Origin: Candidatus Nanopelagicales bacterium
Lineage (GTDB): Bacteria; Actinomycetota; Actinomycetes; S36-B12; GCA-2699445
Assembly: GCA_030700225.1 (NCBI GenBank)
Contig: JAUYJT010000052.1
Coordinates: 3,084-67,083 of the forward strand
DNA: 64,000 nucleotides
Direction of reading: 5' to 3'
Shown here: piece after piece, positions 10,222 to 19,067 of the stretch
How positions within the stretch are numbered: position 1 is the first letter of the stretch
Layout of the letters: each line of letters opens with the position of its first letter
Notes under the pieces: model-generated
The model's database searches: none
Seen by the model: the letters and a program-made list of their open reading frames with translations, nothing else
Told to the model about the DNA's origin: nothing
Position numbers and translations under genes: made by a program

Positions 10222-11796
10222 GTGGATCCTCATGTGAGCCTGCGATGGCTCGCGGCCGTCGGGGCCGGGGTGGCCATGGCGTTGGCGTTCCCGCCGATCG
10301 GGCTGTGGCCCATGGCCCCGATCGGCGTGGCTGCCTTGACATGGGCGGTGGCGGGACGAAGGGGGCTGGTCGGATTCGGCCTCGGATTCGCATCTGGGTT
10401 GACGTTCTTCCTTGTGCTGATCCGCTGGATCACCGTCATAGGCGTGGACGCGTGGATACTGCTGGCCGCCTACTCCGCGCTGTGGTTGGGCCTGGTGGCG
10501 TGGGCAACCGCCATTGTTGTGCGACTGCCCGGGTGGCCTTTGTTCGTTGCGGCGATCTGGGTCGCGGAGGAGGCCCTCAGGGACCGGATTCCCCTTGGCG
10601 GCTGGCCGTGGGGGCGCCTGGCCCACAGTCAGGCCGATTCGCCGCTACTGCCCCTGGCCTGGCTCGGAGGCTCACCCTTGCTGACCGCGGCGGTGGCCGG
10701 GATCGGCGCATGCCTGGCAGGTATCTGGTTCGCCATGCGCCGCGGAGTCCCACTGCACGTACTTGGTGCGGCTGCGGTGATCGCCGTGCTGCTATTCGGT
10801 GGCCTTCTGCTTCCGGTGCCAATCAGCGGGGAGAGTGATGGGGGACCGGACGACGCCACGATCGCTGTGATTCAGGGCAACGTTCCACGAACCGGACTGA
10901 GCTCCGACGGACAACGGCGCGCGGTCCTGGAAAACCACGTACGGCAGACGCAGCGACTGGCTGACGATGTGGCAGCTGGCCTTGTGCCCGCGCCGGAGGC
11001 GGTGATCTGGCCGGAGAACGCCGCTGATTCTGATCCGCTCGCCGATGGGGAAGCCCGCGCGGCCATCGACGGTGCCGTAGACGTGATCGCAGCGCCCGTG
11101 CTGGTGGGAGCGGTGATCGCCAATCCGCGCGAGCCATCCACGGTCCTGAACGTCGGTATCGTGTGGAGCCCAAGTACCGGTCCTGGGCAAATGTATGTCA
11201 AGCAGCATCCGGTGCCGTTCGGAGAGTACATCCCGTTCCGGGCCGCTCTGGCGTCGCTGATCTCGCGGTTCGACCAGATTCCACGTGACTTCGCAGCTGG
11301 AACCGAGTCCGGGGTTCTGGACGTTGGTCCTGTCCGCCTGGGAGACGTGATCTGCTTCGAGATCGCCTACGACGATCTGGTGCGCGAAACGGTTATGGAT
11401 GGGGCACGGATGATCGCGGTCCAGACCAACAACGCGACCTACACTGGCACCGGCCAAACTGAGCAGCAGTTGGCCATGGCTCGCATCCAATCGGTGTCGC
11501 ACGGCCGCACAGTGGCAGTGGCGGCGACGAACGGTATCTCCGCTGTGTTTCTTCCGGACGGAACACGCGTCGGTCAGATCCCAGAGGATGTTGCCTGGCA
11601 GATCGTCGCCCGTGTGCCCTTGCGCGATAGCTTGACACCTGGTGACGTGTTGGGGCTTTGGCCCGAGGGGATCGCGCTCGTTGTGAGCGTTCTCACCGTC
11701 GCGCTGGGTCTGCGCCGACCGCGCGGAGTTTGGCCAGCGGCGGGCTCGGGCATCACGCCACAAGGTACGGGGCAGAGTCGACGTGAGGATTCCTGA
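10222..11796 (+). CDS. lnt: apolipoprotein N-acyltransferase
   Basis: Polytopic N-terminus plus a CN-hydrolase domain with the E/K/C triad context (VIWPENA, YVKQHPVPFGEY, VICFEIAYD). Confidence 0.85.
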   Translation: MDPHVSLRWLAAVGAGVAMALAFPPIGLWPMAPIGVAALTWAVAGRRGLVGFGLGFASGLTFFLVLIRWITVIGVDAWILLAAYSALWLGLVAWATAIVVRLPGWPLFVAAIWVAEEALRDRIPLGGWPWGRLAHSQADSPLLPLAWLGGSPLLTAAVAGIGACLAGIWFAMRRGVPLHVLGAAAVIAVLLFGGLLLPVPISGESDGGPDDATIAVIQGNVPRTGLSSDGQRRAVLENHVRQTQRLADDVAAGLVPAPEAVIWPENAADSDPLADGEARAAIDGAVDVIAAPVLVGAVIANPREPSTVLNVGIVWSPSTGPGQMYVKQHPVPFGEYIPFRAALASLISRFDQIPRDFAAGTESGVLDVGPVRLGDVICFEIAYDDLVRETVMDGARMIAVQTNNATYTGTGQTEQQLAMARIQSVSHGRTVAVAATNGISAVFLPDGTRVGQIPEDVAWQIVARVPLRDSLTPGDVLGLWPEGIALVVSVLTVALGLRRPRGVWPAAGSGITPQGTGQSRREDS

Positions 11797-12586
11797 CGTG
11801 AGCGAGAACGCTAAGTTCGAGGATCTGGGCCGAATACTGGTTGTGATTCCGACTTACGATGAGAAAGAGAACCTCGAGCGAATCACAGGCCGGGTGCGTG
11901 TGGCGGTGCCTGAGGCGGACATCCTCGTGGCTGACGACAATTCGCCCGATGGCACTGGAGCGATCGCGGATCTACTCGCGAGTTCCGATGAGCATCTGCA
12001 CGTCATGCACAGGCTCGGCAAGGAGGGGCTGGGGGCGGCCTACCTGGCTGGGTTCGAGTGGGCGCTGGATCGCGGATACGAAGTTGTCGTGGAGATGGAT
12101 GCCGACGGGTCGCACAAGCCTGAGGAGTTGCCGCTGCTACTAGACCGCCTGCGCACAGCCGATCTTGTCCTGGGGTCGCGGTGGGTACGTGGGGGACAGG
12201 TCGTGAACTGGCCGAAGAGCAGGGAGATCCTGTCCCGGGGGGGCAACACATACACACGCTTGGCTCTAAAACTGCCCCTGCGCGACTCCACTGGGGGTTA
12301 TCGCGCGTTCCGCGCGGGGACACTGCGCACCTTGGACCTCAGTTCCGTTGGCTCCGCGGGCTACATCTTCCAGGTCGACCTCGCCTACCGCGCGGTAGCC
12401 GCGGGCATGACTGTGGCGGAGGTCCCGATCACCTTCGAGGAACGCGAACTCGGCACGAGCAAGATGAATCAGCGCATTGTCACGGAGGCGCTGTGGCGAG
12501 TGACCGTGTGGGGATTCCGCAAGCGCACCGAGCGGTTCCGGCGTTGGCGGCAACGCCGTCGTACTGCGGCGTTGGAACGCTCGTGA
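11783..12586 (+). CDS. ppm1: polyprenol-phosphate mannosyltransferase (GT2)
   Basis: Motifs VVIPTYDEKENL, ADDNSPDGT, MDADGSH. Immediately follows lnt. An alternative GTG start at 11798 would remove the 14-bp overlap. Confidence 0.85.
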   Translation: MRIPDVSENAKFEDLGRILVVIPTYDEKENLERITGRVRVAVPEADILVADDNSPDGTGAIADLLASSDEHLHVMHRLGKEGLGAAYLAGFEWALDRGYEVVVEMDADGSHKPEELPLLLDRLRTADLVLGSRWVRGGQVVNWPKSREILSRGGNTYTRLALKLPLRDSTGGYRAFRAGTLRTLDLSSVGSAGYIFQVDLAYRAVAAGMTVAEVPITFEERELGTSKMNQRIVTEALWRVTVWGFRKRTERFRRWRQRRRTAALERS

Positions 12587-12587
12587 C

Positions 12588-13088
12588 ATGCGTCGGCTGA
12601 GAGGGCTGGCGTTCTTCGTCATCTACCCGATCCTTGAGGTCATAGCCATCGTCTGGGTAGGCGGCGCTATCGGGTGGGGCTGGACGTTTCTGATACTGCT
12701 CGCTGGATTCGTCGCCGGGCTGCTGATCATCCGGAGCGCGGGCACGGCGGCCTTCGGCGCCTTGACTGGAACTGACCCAGTCACCTCCAAGAAGGCTGGG
12801 CTGGAGCTGAGGGGCTCCGGGATACTGTTCGCGGGCGGGGCATTGATAGCCGCGCCCGGGTTCCTCAACGACTTGGCGGGGCTCATCCTGGTCCTGCCGC
12901 CAGTCAGGGTGTTTCTCGCGCGCCGGTTCGACTGGGCTGGCCCGAGGCGTGGGACCGTGATCGTCGGTGAAGTGATCGTCATGGACGACGACGAGTTCCG
13001 GCCCACCTGGGAATCAACGCCGGATCCAGATGTCATCCAGGGACAGATTCTGCCGCCGGATAGAGGAGAGGCTGGTCCCATCGTGTGA
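12588..13088 (+). CDS. fxsA: FxsA-family membrane protein
   Basis: N-terminal transmembrane helices and the FxsA signature PGFLNDLAGLILVLPPVR. Confidence 0.8.
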   Translation: MRRLRGLAFFVIYPILEVIAIVWVGGAIGWGWTFLILLAGFVAGLLIIRSAGTAAFGALTGTDPVTSKKAGLELRGSGILFAGGALIAAPGFLNDLAGLILVLPPVRVFLARRFDWAGPRRGTVIVGEVIVMDDDEFRPTWESTPDPDVIQGQILPPDRGEAGPIV

Positions 13089-13222
13089 ATTCGGTCGGCC
13101 GAGTTTCGTCAGCCGAGCCGGTGATGGTTTACAGTGCGGGAACCCCGGGAACACAGTCAGCGTCCGAACTGTTGAGAAGTGTCTGGGGTGTTCGGCCTAC
13201 TTGGCCGGGGAAGAGGCGTCAA

Positions 13223-13573
13223 ATGGCTGAAGGTGCGCTGCGCGGGACGAGGCTGGGGGCGTTGAGCTACGAGTCCGACGAGGGAGTGCGTCTGGCTGAT
13301 CGCCAGATGATCGTGTATGACTGCACGTGTGGCGCGACGATCGAGCTTCCGTTCTCCGTCGAGGCTGAGATCCCCAGTGTCTGGGAGTGCCGTTGCGGCG
13401 CGGAGGCGTTGCTGCGCGGGGGTGTTCTGCCAGAGGTCAAGCCGCAAAGACATCAGCGGACTCACTGGGACATGTTGCTTGAGAGGCGCTCGATCGGGGA
13501 GCTGGAAGATCTTCTCGCGGAGTCCCTCGCGACTCTCAGGTCGGGGGTCGACGACTTTCACGGGTCGCGCTGA
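13223..13573 (+). CDS. rbpA: RNA polymerase-binding protein RbpA
   Basis: LRGTRLGALSYESDEG, a Cys cluster (CTCG...ECRCG), and the C-terminal RTHWDMLLERRS motif. GGAAGAGG Shine-Dalgarno sequence before ATG 13223; the ORF opens at 13085. Confidence 0.9.
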   Translation: MAEGALRGTRLGALSYESDEGVRLADRQMIVYDCTCGATIELPFSVEAEIPSVWECRCGAEALLRGGVLPEVKPQRHQRTHWDMLLERRSIGELEDLLAESLATLRSGVDDFHGSR

Positions 13574-13588
13574 CTCTTCCCCCCGGGA

Positions 13589-13692
13589 GTTAGCGGCCGT
13601 TCCCGACAAACGCACCTTTTTGGGTACAGACGCGCCCGTTGCAACGGGAGTTTCTTTCGGTAACGGGTGTTTCTCGCGTTAGCGGCCGTTTC
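13589..13692. repeat. structured intergenic element, copy A
   Basis: The 29-mer TTTGGGTACAGACGCGCCCGTTGCAACGG (13619-13647) is identical to 25134-25162. It is flanked by GTTAGCGGCCGTT(C/T)C arms at 13589 and 13678. Confidence 0.8.
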
Positions 13693-13787
13693 TTCCCCCG
13701 GCCGAGGGGGTTCCCGCGTGAGGAGCTTCGGGGCGCGGTCCTGGTGATTCTCCAGACATTCGGCTCGCCCGCCGCTAGGTTGCCAAC

Positions 13788-14444
13788 ATGAGCAATGCAC
13801 GCAGAAAGGCGCGGGCTGTCGTCGTCGCGCTCGCGCTGATTCCCGCAGCCACTCTCGTTGGAACCGGGGCGCCGGCTGTCGCCGACGCGCCGAATTGCGT
13901 GAAGTGGACCGGAAACGTGACCCGCATCATCGCGGACGCGAACCAGCGCATCGCGAAGGTCTCCCAGAAGAAGTTCCGGCAGTGGTTCGACCTTCCAAAG
14001 CGGGGCGGGAAGTTGGAGTACTACGACGCGTGGGTTGACGCGGATCCGACTGTCAATCGCCCGCGCAGGGGGAAGCAGCTCGGCGACGTGCAAGTCGTGT
14101 ATGGCGTTTCCAACAACAAGTTCTCCGTGTCGGTCGTGTACCGCTACCTCAAGGGGTGCAGGAATGGTATCCGCAAGGTCGACGACACGCCTATGGGGAG
14201 CTTCGGCTTTCCGAACAGGCCGAAAGTCGGCTTGAACCAGGCCATTCGCCTGACGAAGCAGTGGCGGAAGGAGAACCCTGACCTCGACGGCTACCGACTC
14301 GGCGGCGCCCAGCTCCAGAAGGCGGACGCGGCGCCGCCCTGGACCGGGAGGAAGAGGTGGGTCGTCACCTTTGAGAATCCGGGGTTCTTCGACGAGCAAC
14401 TTCTGGTCTACATGAACGGGAAAGTCAAGAAAGCTCAACCATAA
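13788..14444 (+). CDS. secreted hypothetical protein
   Basis: Signal peptide MSNARRKARAVVVALALIPAATLVGTGAPAVADA. No recognisable domain. Confidence 0.75.
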   Translation: MSNARRKARAVVVALALIPAATLVGTGAPAVADAPNCVKWTGNVTRIIADANQRIAKVSQKKFRQWFDLPKRGGKLEYYDAWVDADPTVNRPRRGKQLGDVQVVYGVSNNKFSVSVVYRYLKGCRNGIRKVDDTPMGSFGFPNRPKVGLNQAIRLTKQWRKENPDLDGYRLGGAQLQKADAAPPWTGRKRWVVTFENPGFFDEQLLVYMNGKVKKAQP

Positions 14445-14478
14445 GGTTTGGCGTCCCAGCGATCCTAGAGCTGTCCCT

Positions 14479-14512
14479 AGCGCAGGCAGGGCCGAAGTGG
14501 CGGCCCTGCGCT
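14479..14512. terminator. GC-rich hairpin between convergent genes
   Basis: AGCGCAGGCAGGGCC / GGCCCTGCGCT arms with a small bulge, lying between the stops at 14444 (+) and 14513 (-). No U-tract. Confidence 0.4.
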
Positions 14513-15718
14513 TCAGCGGCGAGCGCTCTTACCTCGGTTGAGACGGGCCATCGCCTCGGTCAATCCGTCAACTGTCATCGGGAACATGTCGAACACCTCC
14601 GCGACGTCCTGGATCGTGGTCCCGGTCCAGCGTGACAGCGGTTCTGGATTGAGCCAGACGCTTTGTCGAAAGTGATCTCTGAGCGTGCTCAGCCATTCCA
14701 GCCCGGAAACCGAGACGTCATCGTCCACCGAGAGCCGCCCGCTCTGAAGGAGCTCGTAAGGAGCCATGAACGCATCACCGACCATGATCAGCTTGTAGTG
14801 ACTCCCGCATTCGCGTAGCAGGTCATGCACCCACTTGGGATCGGTGAAGCGGTCTGTCTCGTAGACCTTCCCGTACACGCAGTTGTGGAAGTAGTAGGTC
14901 CGCAGTTCTTTGAAGTGCGTGGACTTCTTGGTGGCGCTGAACAGCTGTGACATCAGTTGCGAGTACGGGTACATGGAGCCGCCGACGTCGATCAGCAAGA
15001 TGACGTGCGTGTTGGGACGGATCGGGGGTCGGGTAACGATCTCGATCTCTCCGGCGTTGCGAGCCGTCTCGTCTATCGTGCGCTCGATGTCCAGCTCGAC
15101 ATCTGCTCCTTCCCGGACGAAAGCCCGGAGCCTGCGTAGTGCCACCTGCATCTGACGGATGTCGAGGTTCACGTCCGACCTGTAGGGACGGTAGTTCCGC
15201 GCGTCAGCGACGCGGATGGCGGACCGGCCACCGCCTGAAGTGCCGGTGCTGAGGCCCGCCTGCGACGTGCCCGCCTGGCCTAATGGGGAGCTGCCGCGCG
15301 TGCCGATCCAGTAGTTGCCTCCGTCGTGGCGTTCGGTCTGTTCCCTCATGCGTTCTTCGAACATCTGTAGCAGAGCTTCGATGTCGATCGGCTCCAGACG
15401 GTCGGTTTCAGCGAAGCCTCGCTCATCCATTTCCGCCGCTGCGGCGTCGAGCCATTCGCGTAGATCCTCCGACAACCGCGGAGACGGCATGTCCACGCCC
15501 TTGAACTCGGCCAGGAAAGCCCTGTCGAAAGCGTCCAGATGCCCTTCGTGGTGAATCAGAACGGCGCGGGCCGCGTAGTAGAAACCGTCCAGAGAACTGT
15601 CGTGCAGGCCGGCCATGAGCGCCTGCGCCAGCGCCAGCGCCTCCTGGGTTCCGACGGGGACACCCAGGTCGCGCAAGCGATACAGGAAACCGATGAACAC
15701 CGGCCGGTCTTGGGTCAT
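14513..15718 (-). CDS. VWA domain protein (CoxE-like)
   Basis: C-terminal VWA fold with the MIDAS-region sequence LLIDVGGSM. Its start lies 4 nt after the stop of the MoxR-like ATPase gene. Confidence 0.85.
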   Translation of the reverse strand: MTQDRPVFIGFLYRLRDLGVPVGTQEALALAQALMAGLHDSSLDGFYYAARAVLIHHEGHLDAFDRAFLAEFKGVDMPSPRLSEDLREWLDAAAAEMDERGFAETDRLEPIDIEALLQMFEERMREQTERHDGGNYWIGTRGSSPLGQAGTSQAGLSTGTSGGGRSAIRVADARNYRPYRSDVNLDIRQMQVALRRLRAFVREGADVELDIERTIDETARNAGEIEIVTRPPIRPNTHVILLIDVGGSMYPYSQLMSQLFSATKKSTHFKELRTYYFHNCVYGKVYETDRFTDPKWVHDLLRECGSHYKLIMVGDAFMAPYELLQSGRLSVDDDVSVSGLEWLSTLRDHFRQSVWLNPEPLSRWTGTTIQDVAEVFDMFPMTVDGLTEAMARLNRGKSARR

Positions 15719-15721
15719 CGC

Positions 15722-16561
15722 TTAGTAGCGAGCGCGAGCGCGCCCGGAGAAGTAGTCAGAGTAGACGGCCAAGTCCTGCTCCTTCTTGAGCAAAGTCCCC
15801 AGGAAGGGCAGGTTCGTCCTCGGCGCGATGTCGTCGACTCCGGTGGTCTTCAACATGGCGATCCAGTCCACAAGCTCACTCGTGCTCGGCCTCTTTCGGA
15901 GTCGTTCCATCTTGCGAATGGCGTAGAACGTTTCGAGCGCTTGGCTGAGCAGCGACTGATTCAGGTTCGGGTGGTGAACTTCCACGATTCGGCTCATCAA
16001 GTCGGCTTCCGGGAAGTCGATGAAGTGGAACACGCACCGACGCAGGAAGGCATCGGGAAGCTCCTTCTCGGCGTTGCTCGTGATCACGACGACCGGCCTG
16101 TGGGCGGCGACGACTTCGTCACCTGTCTCGGGCACCGTGAACCGCATGCGGTCCAGTTCGTGCAACAGGTCGTTCGGGAATTCCAGGTCAGCCTTGTCGA
16201 TCTCGTCGATCAGGAGTACGACCCTGGCTGGCGACTGAAAGGCCCGGCCGAGTGCGCCCATGTGGATGTACTCGCGGATATCGCGCACGTCGTGATCGCC
16301 GAATCTGCTGTCATACAACCTTTGGACCGTGTCGTAGTGGTACAGGCCCTCCTGCGCACGCGTCGTGCTCTTGACATTCCACGTGATCAGATCCAGGCCC
16401 TGCGATTCCGCGACCGCCTCGGCCAGTAGCGTCTTGCCCGTTCCTGGCTCGCCGCGAACCAGCAGGGGCTTCTGCAGGACCAGGGCGCACCGGACCGCTG
16501 TCTCGAGCGCCGGATTGGTCAGGTACGAGCGTGTTCCGGTGAATTCAGGTGTTGTCGTCAC
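15722..16561 (-). CDS. MoxR/CoxD-like AAA+ ATPase
   Basis: Walker A GEPGTGKT and Walker B LLIDEIDK. Size of about 280 aa is typical of the MoxR family. Confidence 0.9.
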   Translation of the reverse strand: MTTTPEFTGTRSYLTNPALETAVRCALVLQKPLLVRGEPGTGKTLLAEAVAESQGLDLITWNVKSTTRAQEGLYHYDTVQRLYDSRFGDHDVRDIREYIHMGALGRAFQSPARVVLLIDEIDKADLEFPNDLLHELDRMRFTVPETGDEVVAAHRPVVVITSNAEKELPDAFLRRCVFHFIDFPEADLMSRIVEVHHPNLNQSLLSQALETFYAIRKMERLRKRPSTSELVDWIAMLKTTGVDDIAPRTNLPFLGTLLKKEQDLAVYSDYFSGRARARY

Positions 16562-16586
16562 AGCGTCGAGGGTACGGCCTCGCCGA

Positions 16587-17357
16587 CTAGGCCGCTTGGG
16601 TCCACTGCCCCCTGGCGATGAGTACGTCGCGCAAGAGGGTCGGACGATCCGTCATGATCGCGTCCACGCCCATGTCCAGAAGCCGGTTCATGGTCTCGCG
16701 ATCATCCACGGTCCACACGTGCACTTGCCAGCCGTGTTCGTGGGCGGCGCTAATCAGTCGCGGCTCAGCGAGAAGCCGGCCGGCCACATGCTCCGGGATT
16801 TGCACGCAACTCACCGGTGGAGGTGACCAGCGGCGCAGTCGGCCCCGCATATGCATCCGGAAGGCCAGTACTTCCTGCGGCGACATCGACGACGAAAGAC
16901 GCGGGCCCGCCATCCGTCTGACTCGCCGCAACCGCTCATGAGCGAAGGCGGCCACATTGATCCGGTTCCAGGCGTTGTGCGTTCGGATCACGTCCAGGAA
17001 CGGGTCTATGGCGTTGGATTCCTTGATATCGAGGTTGAACCTGGTCGCGGGGAACTCGGACAACAGTTCCGTCAACCGCAAGATGGGGGAGCGGCCGTGG
17101 ATTCGGGCCTGGCTGACCTGTCCCCAAGTCAGATCTCGGATGCGGCCTTCGACGTCAGTCGCCCGATCAAGGACGGCGTCGTGAAACACCACTGCCACGC
17201 CGTCGCGAGTGGCTCGCACGTCGGTTTCCAGGAATGAGTACCCCAAGTCCACAGCACGCCGGAAGGCGAGCGAGCTGTTCTGGGGTTGCTCCCAGGCGCC
17301 GCCACGATGGGCGATAGCCAGCGGCGGCCCCGCCAGCACCGGGTAGGATTTGGTCAC
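16587..17357 (-). CDS. glycerophosphodiester phosphodiesterase
   Basis: GDPD motifs IAHRGG, ETDVRATRDG, VHVWTVD. Confidence 0.9.
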   Translation of the reverse strand: MTKSYPVLAGPPLAIAHRGGAWEQPQNSSLAFRRAVDLGYSFLETDVRATRDGVAVVFHDAVLDRATDVEGRIRDLTWGQVSQARIHGRSPILRLTELLSEFPATRFNLDIKESNAIDPFLDVIRTHNAWNRINVAAFAHERLRRVRRMAGPRLSSSMSPQEVLAFRMHMRGRLRRWSPPPVSCVQIPEHVAGRLLAEPRLISAAHEHGWQVHVWTVDDRETMNRLLDMGVDAIMTDRPTLLRDVLIARGQWTQAA

Positions 17358-17410
17358 ATGCTCATTATCTTGTTTTGCCTGTGGCGTGAACGCCTGTCAC
17401 AGTGATTGGT

Positions 17411-17518
17411 ATGCGAGCCGATCCGCTACTGCCAGACGTCACTACTGACGAGACGCAGATTATCGATCCGCTGGCGGACGACTGGTACCTGACGGAATGT
17501 CCTCCGCATCACGGCTGA
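17411..17518 (+). CDS. possible 35-aa acidic small protein (MRADPLLPDVTTDETQIIDPLADDWYLTECPPHHG)
   Basis: This is the only ORF in an otherwise unexplained 168-bp gap and is below the ORF-track size cutoff. It has a weak ribosome-binding site and moderate third-position GC. Confidence 0.25.
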   Translation: MRADPLLPDVTTDETQIIDPLADDWYLTECPPHHG

Positions 17519-17524
17519 TGTGAA

Positions 17525-18325
17525 CTAGCCCTGCACCGCCGCCTCCCGAGCAGCCTCACGCCAACGAGCCGCGTGCTCGCGGCCCGCGACTCCGGCGTTG
17601 CCTCCCTGGGCCCAGATCGCTTCGTAGATCTGGAATTGGTCCCGCTCACCGGTCTCGGGATTCTGGGGATCTGCGGTTCGCGCGCCGAACGTCTCCGCGC
17701 GCGCTTTGATTCCCTTGAGCTGCTGAACAGCCATGATCGAATCCACGACCTCGAACCCGAGGGTGATGAAGGCGGCACCCGCACCTTCGGCAGTGCCGGA
17801 TATCCGGATGACTAGCCGAGTGCCACTTGCCTTCGGATCCAATCTGATGTCCGTCACCATCCGGACAGTGGCACCGAGCATGTCGTCGCCGGGAACCCAC
17901 CAGGTAGCGCCTCGGCCGGGTTCCAGGTCGCGCAGCCATCCGATCGCCGCCGCGTCACCGACCCGAGGTTCTGGGATCCACGAAACGATGTGCCGTGCCG
18001 ACGCGATCCCGCCGTTGTCCAGACGGTCGTAGCTGTACCAGCCCGCACCTCGTCCCATTTGAGCCACCCACGGCCAAACCGTCTCCGGATCCGCTGCGAT
18101 TGAGATCGCGCGCGTCATCCGCGTGCTGGCCTGCGTCCCGTGTGGGAAATAGGCGTCACCGGGCAAGGCCATGGCCTGTTCGTGCTCCGTGGCGCCCCAG
18201 CGTGTTCCGCGCCTGACCAAGATGGCGGCACCAAGGCCCGCACCGGCGAGAACCCCGCCCGAGAGCATCGCGATCTTCACGAGTAGCTCACCTTCATCGA
18301 GGGATCGCCGATCGAGCCGCTTCAC
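17525..18325 (-). CDS. membrane-anchored hypothetical protein (SRPBCC-like by impression)
   Basis: One N-terminal transmembrane helix (MLSGGVLAGAGLGAAILV). Long ORF with good codon bias. The start is uncertain: GTG 18325 or ATG 18268. Confidence 0.6.
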   Translation of the reverse strand: MKRLDRRSLDEGELLVKIAMLSGGVLAGAGLGAAILVRRGTRWGATEHEQAMALPGDAYFPHGTQASTRMTRAISIAADPETVWPWVAQMGRGAGWYSYDRLDNGGIASARHIVSWIPEPRVGDAAAIGWLRDLEPGRGATWWVPGDDMLGATVRMVTDIRLDPKASGTRLVIRISGTAEGAGAAFITLGFEVVDSIMAVQQLKGIKARAETFGARTADPQNPETGERDQFQIYEAIWAQGGNAGVAGREHAARWREAAREAAVQG

Positions 18326-19067
18326 GGATGTCAGCGACCCAACGGTCCGACATCAGCGCCGAAGGTCGCATTGCCAGGCTGCCTATCGCGAACCGGTCAG
18401 CACCGGCAGCCGCGAACTCCTCCACATCCTGCGGGGATCTGATTCCGCCGCCTCCGATGATCATGGCTTCCAGCCCTAACTCACTGCGGAGCCATCGCAC
18501 ACAAGCGATCGACAGCGGGAGCAGCGGCGCTCCGCTCATGCCACCGCGGGGGACCGGCAGAGTGTTGCAGGCATGGAACCACGTGACGCCGGACGCAGCG
18601 GCGTCGCCAGCCAGCTTCTCGAACCGGATGGGTGGCAGCTTGACGATGACTGGGACCCCGGTGGCCAGAGCATCGTCGAAGAGCGTGCTTGGCCAGGACA
18701 TCTCCCCGACGTTTGGGCAGCTGATGTTCAGCTCGACCGCTAGGGGAGTGATCTTGGCGATTCGCCGCAGCAAGTAGGTCCAGTCGGCAGGTTCGAAGCC
18801 GTGGATGGACACGATCGACTGCTGGATACGTGGGCCATCGCCCAGCCGGTCGATACCTGGGTTCCGCAGACCGATCCGGTTGACCCAAGCGCCGAGGCGA
18901 CGGTAGTAGCGCACGGTCAGCAACGCCCGCCCGAACGCGGCTGGACGGCCACCTCGGCGCGCGGCCGTGTAGGTGCCGAGAGTCGGCGTCGTCCCCGGAG
19001 GGTGAACGTAGTTCCCGAACGGAGCCGAGATGACTAGCGGCTGCACATCCGGGCCTGGCTTCACCAA
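18294..19067 (-). CDS. class-1 dihydroorotate dehydrogenase-like flavoenzyme (short, 257 aa)
   Basis: Motifs RIGLRNPG, LNISCPN (class-1 catalytic Cys context), GGMSGAPLLP, IIGGGGIRSPQDV. Confidence 0.8.
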   Translation of the reverse strand: MVKPGPDVQPLVISAPFGNYVHPPGTTPTLGTYTAARRGGRPAAFGRALLTVRYYRRLGAWVNRIGLRNPGIDRLGDGPRIQQSIVSIHGFEPADWTYLLRRIAKITPLAVELNISCPNVGEMSWPSTLFDDALATGVPVIVKLPPIRFEKLAGDAAASGVTWFHACNTLPVPRGGMSGAPLLPLSIACVRWLRSELGLEAMIIGGGGIRSPQDVEEFAAAGADRFAIGSLAMRPSALMSDRWVADIREAARSAIPR

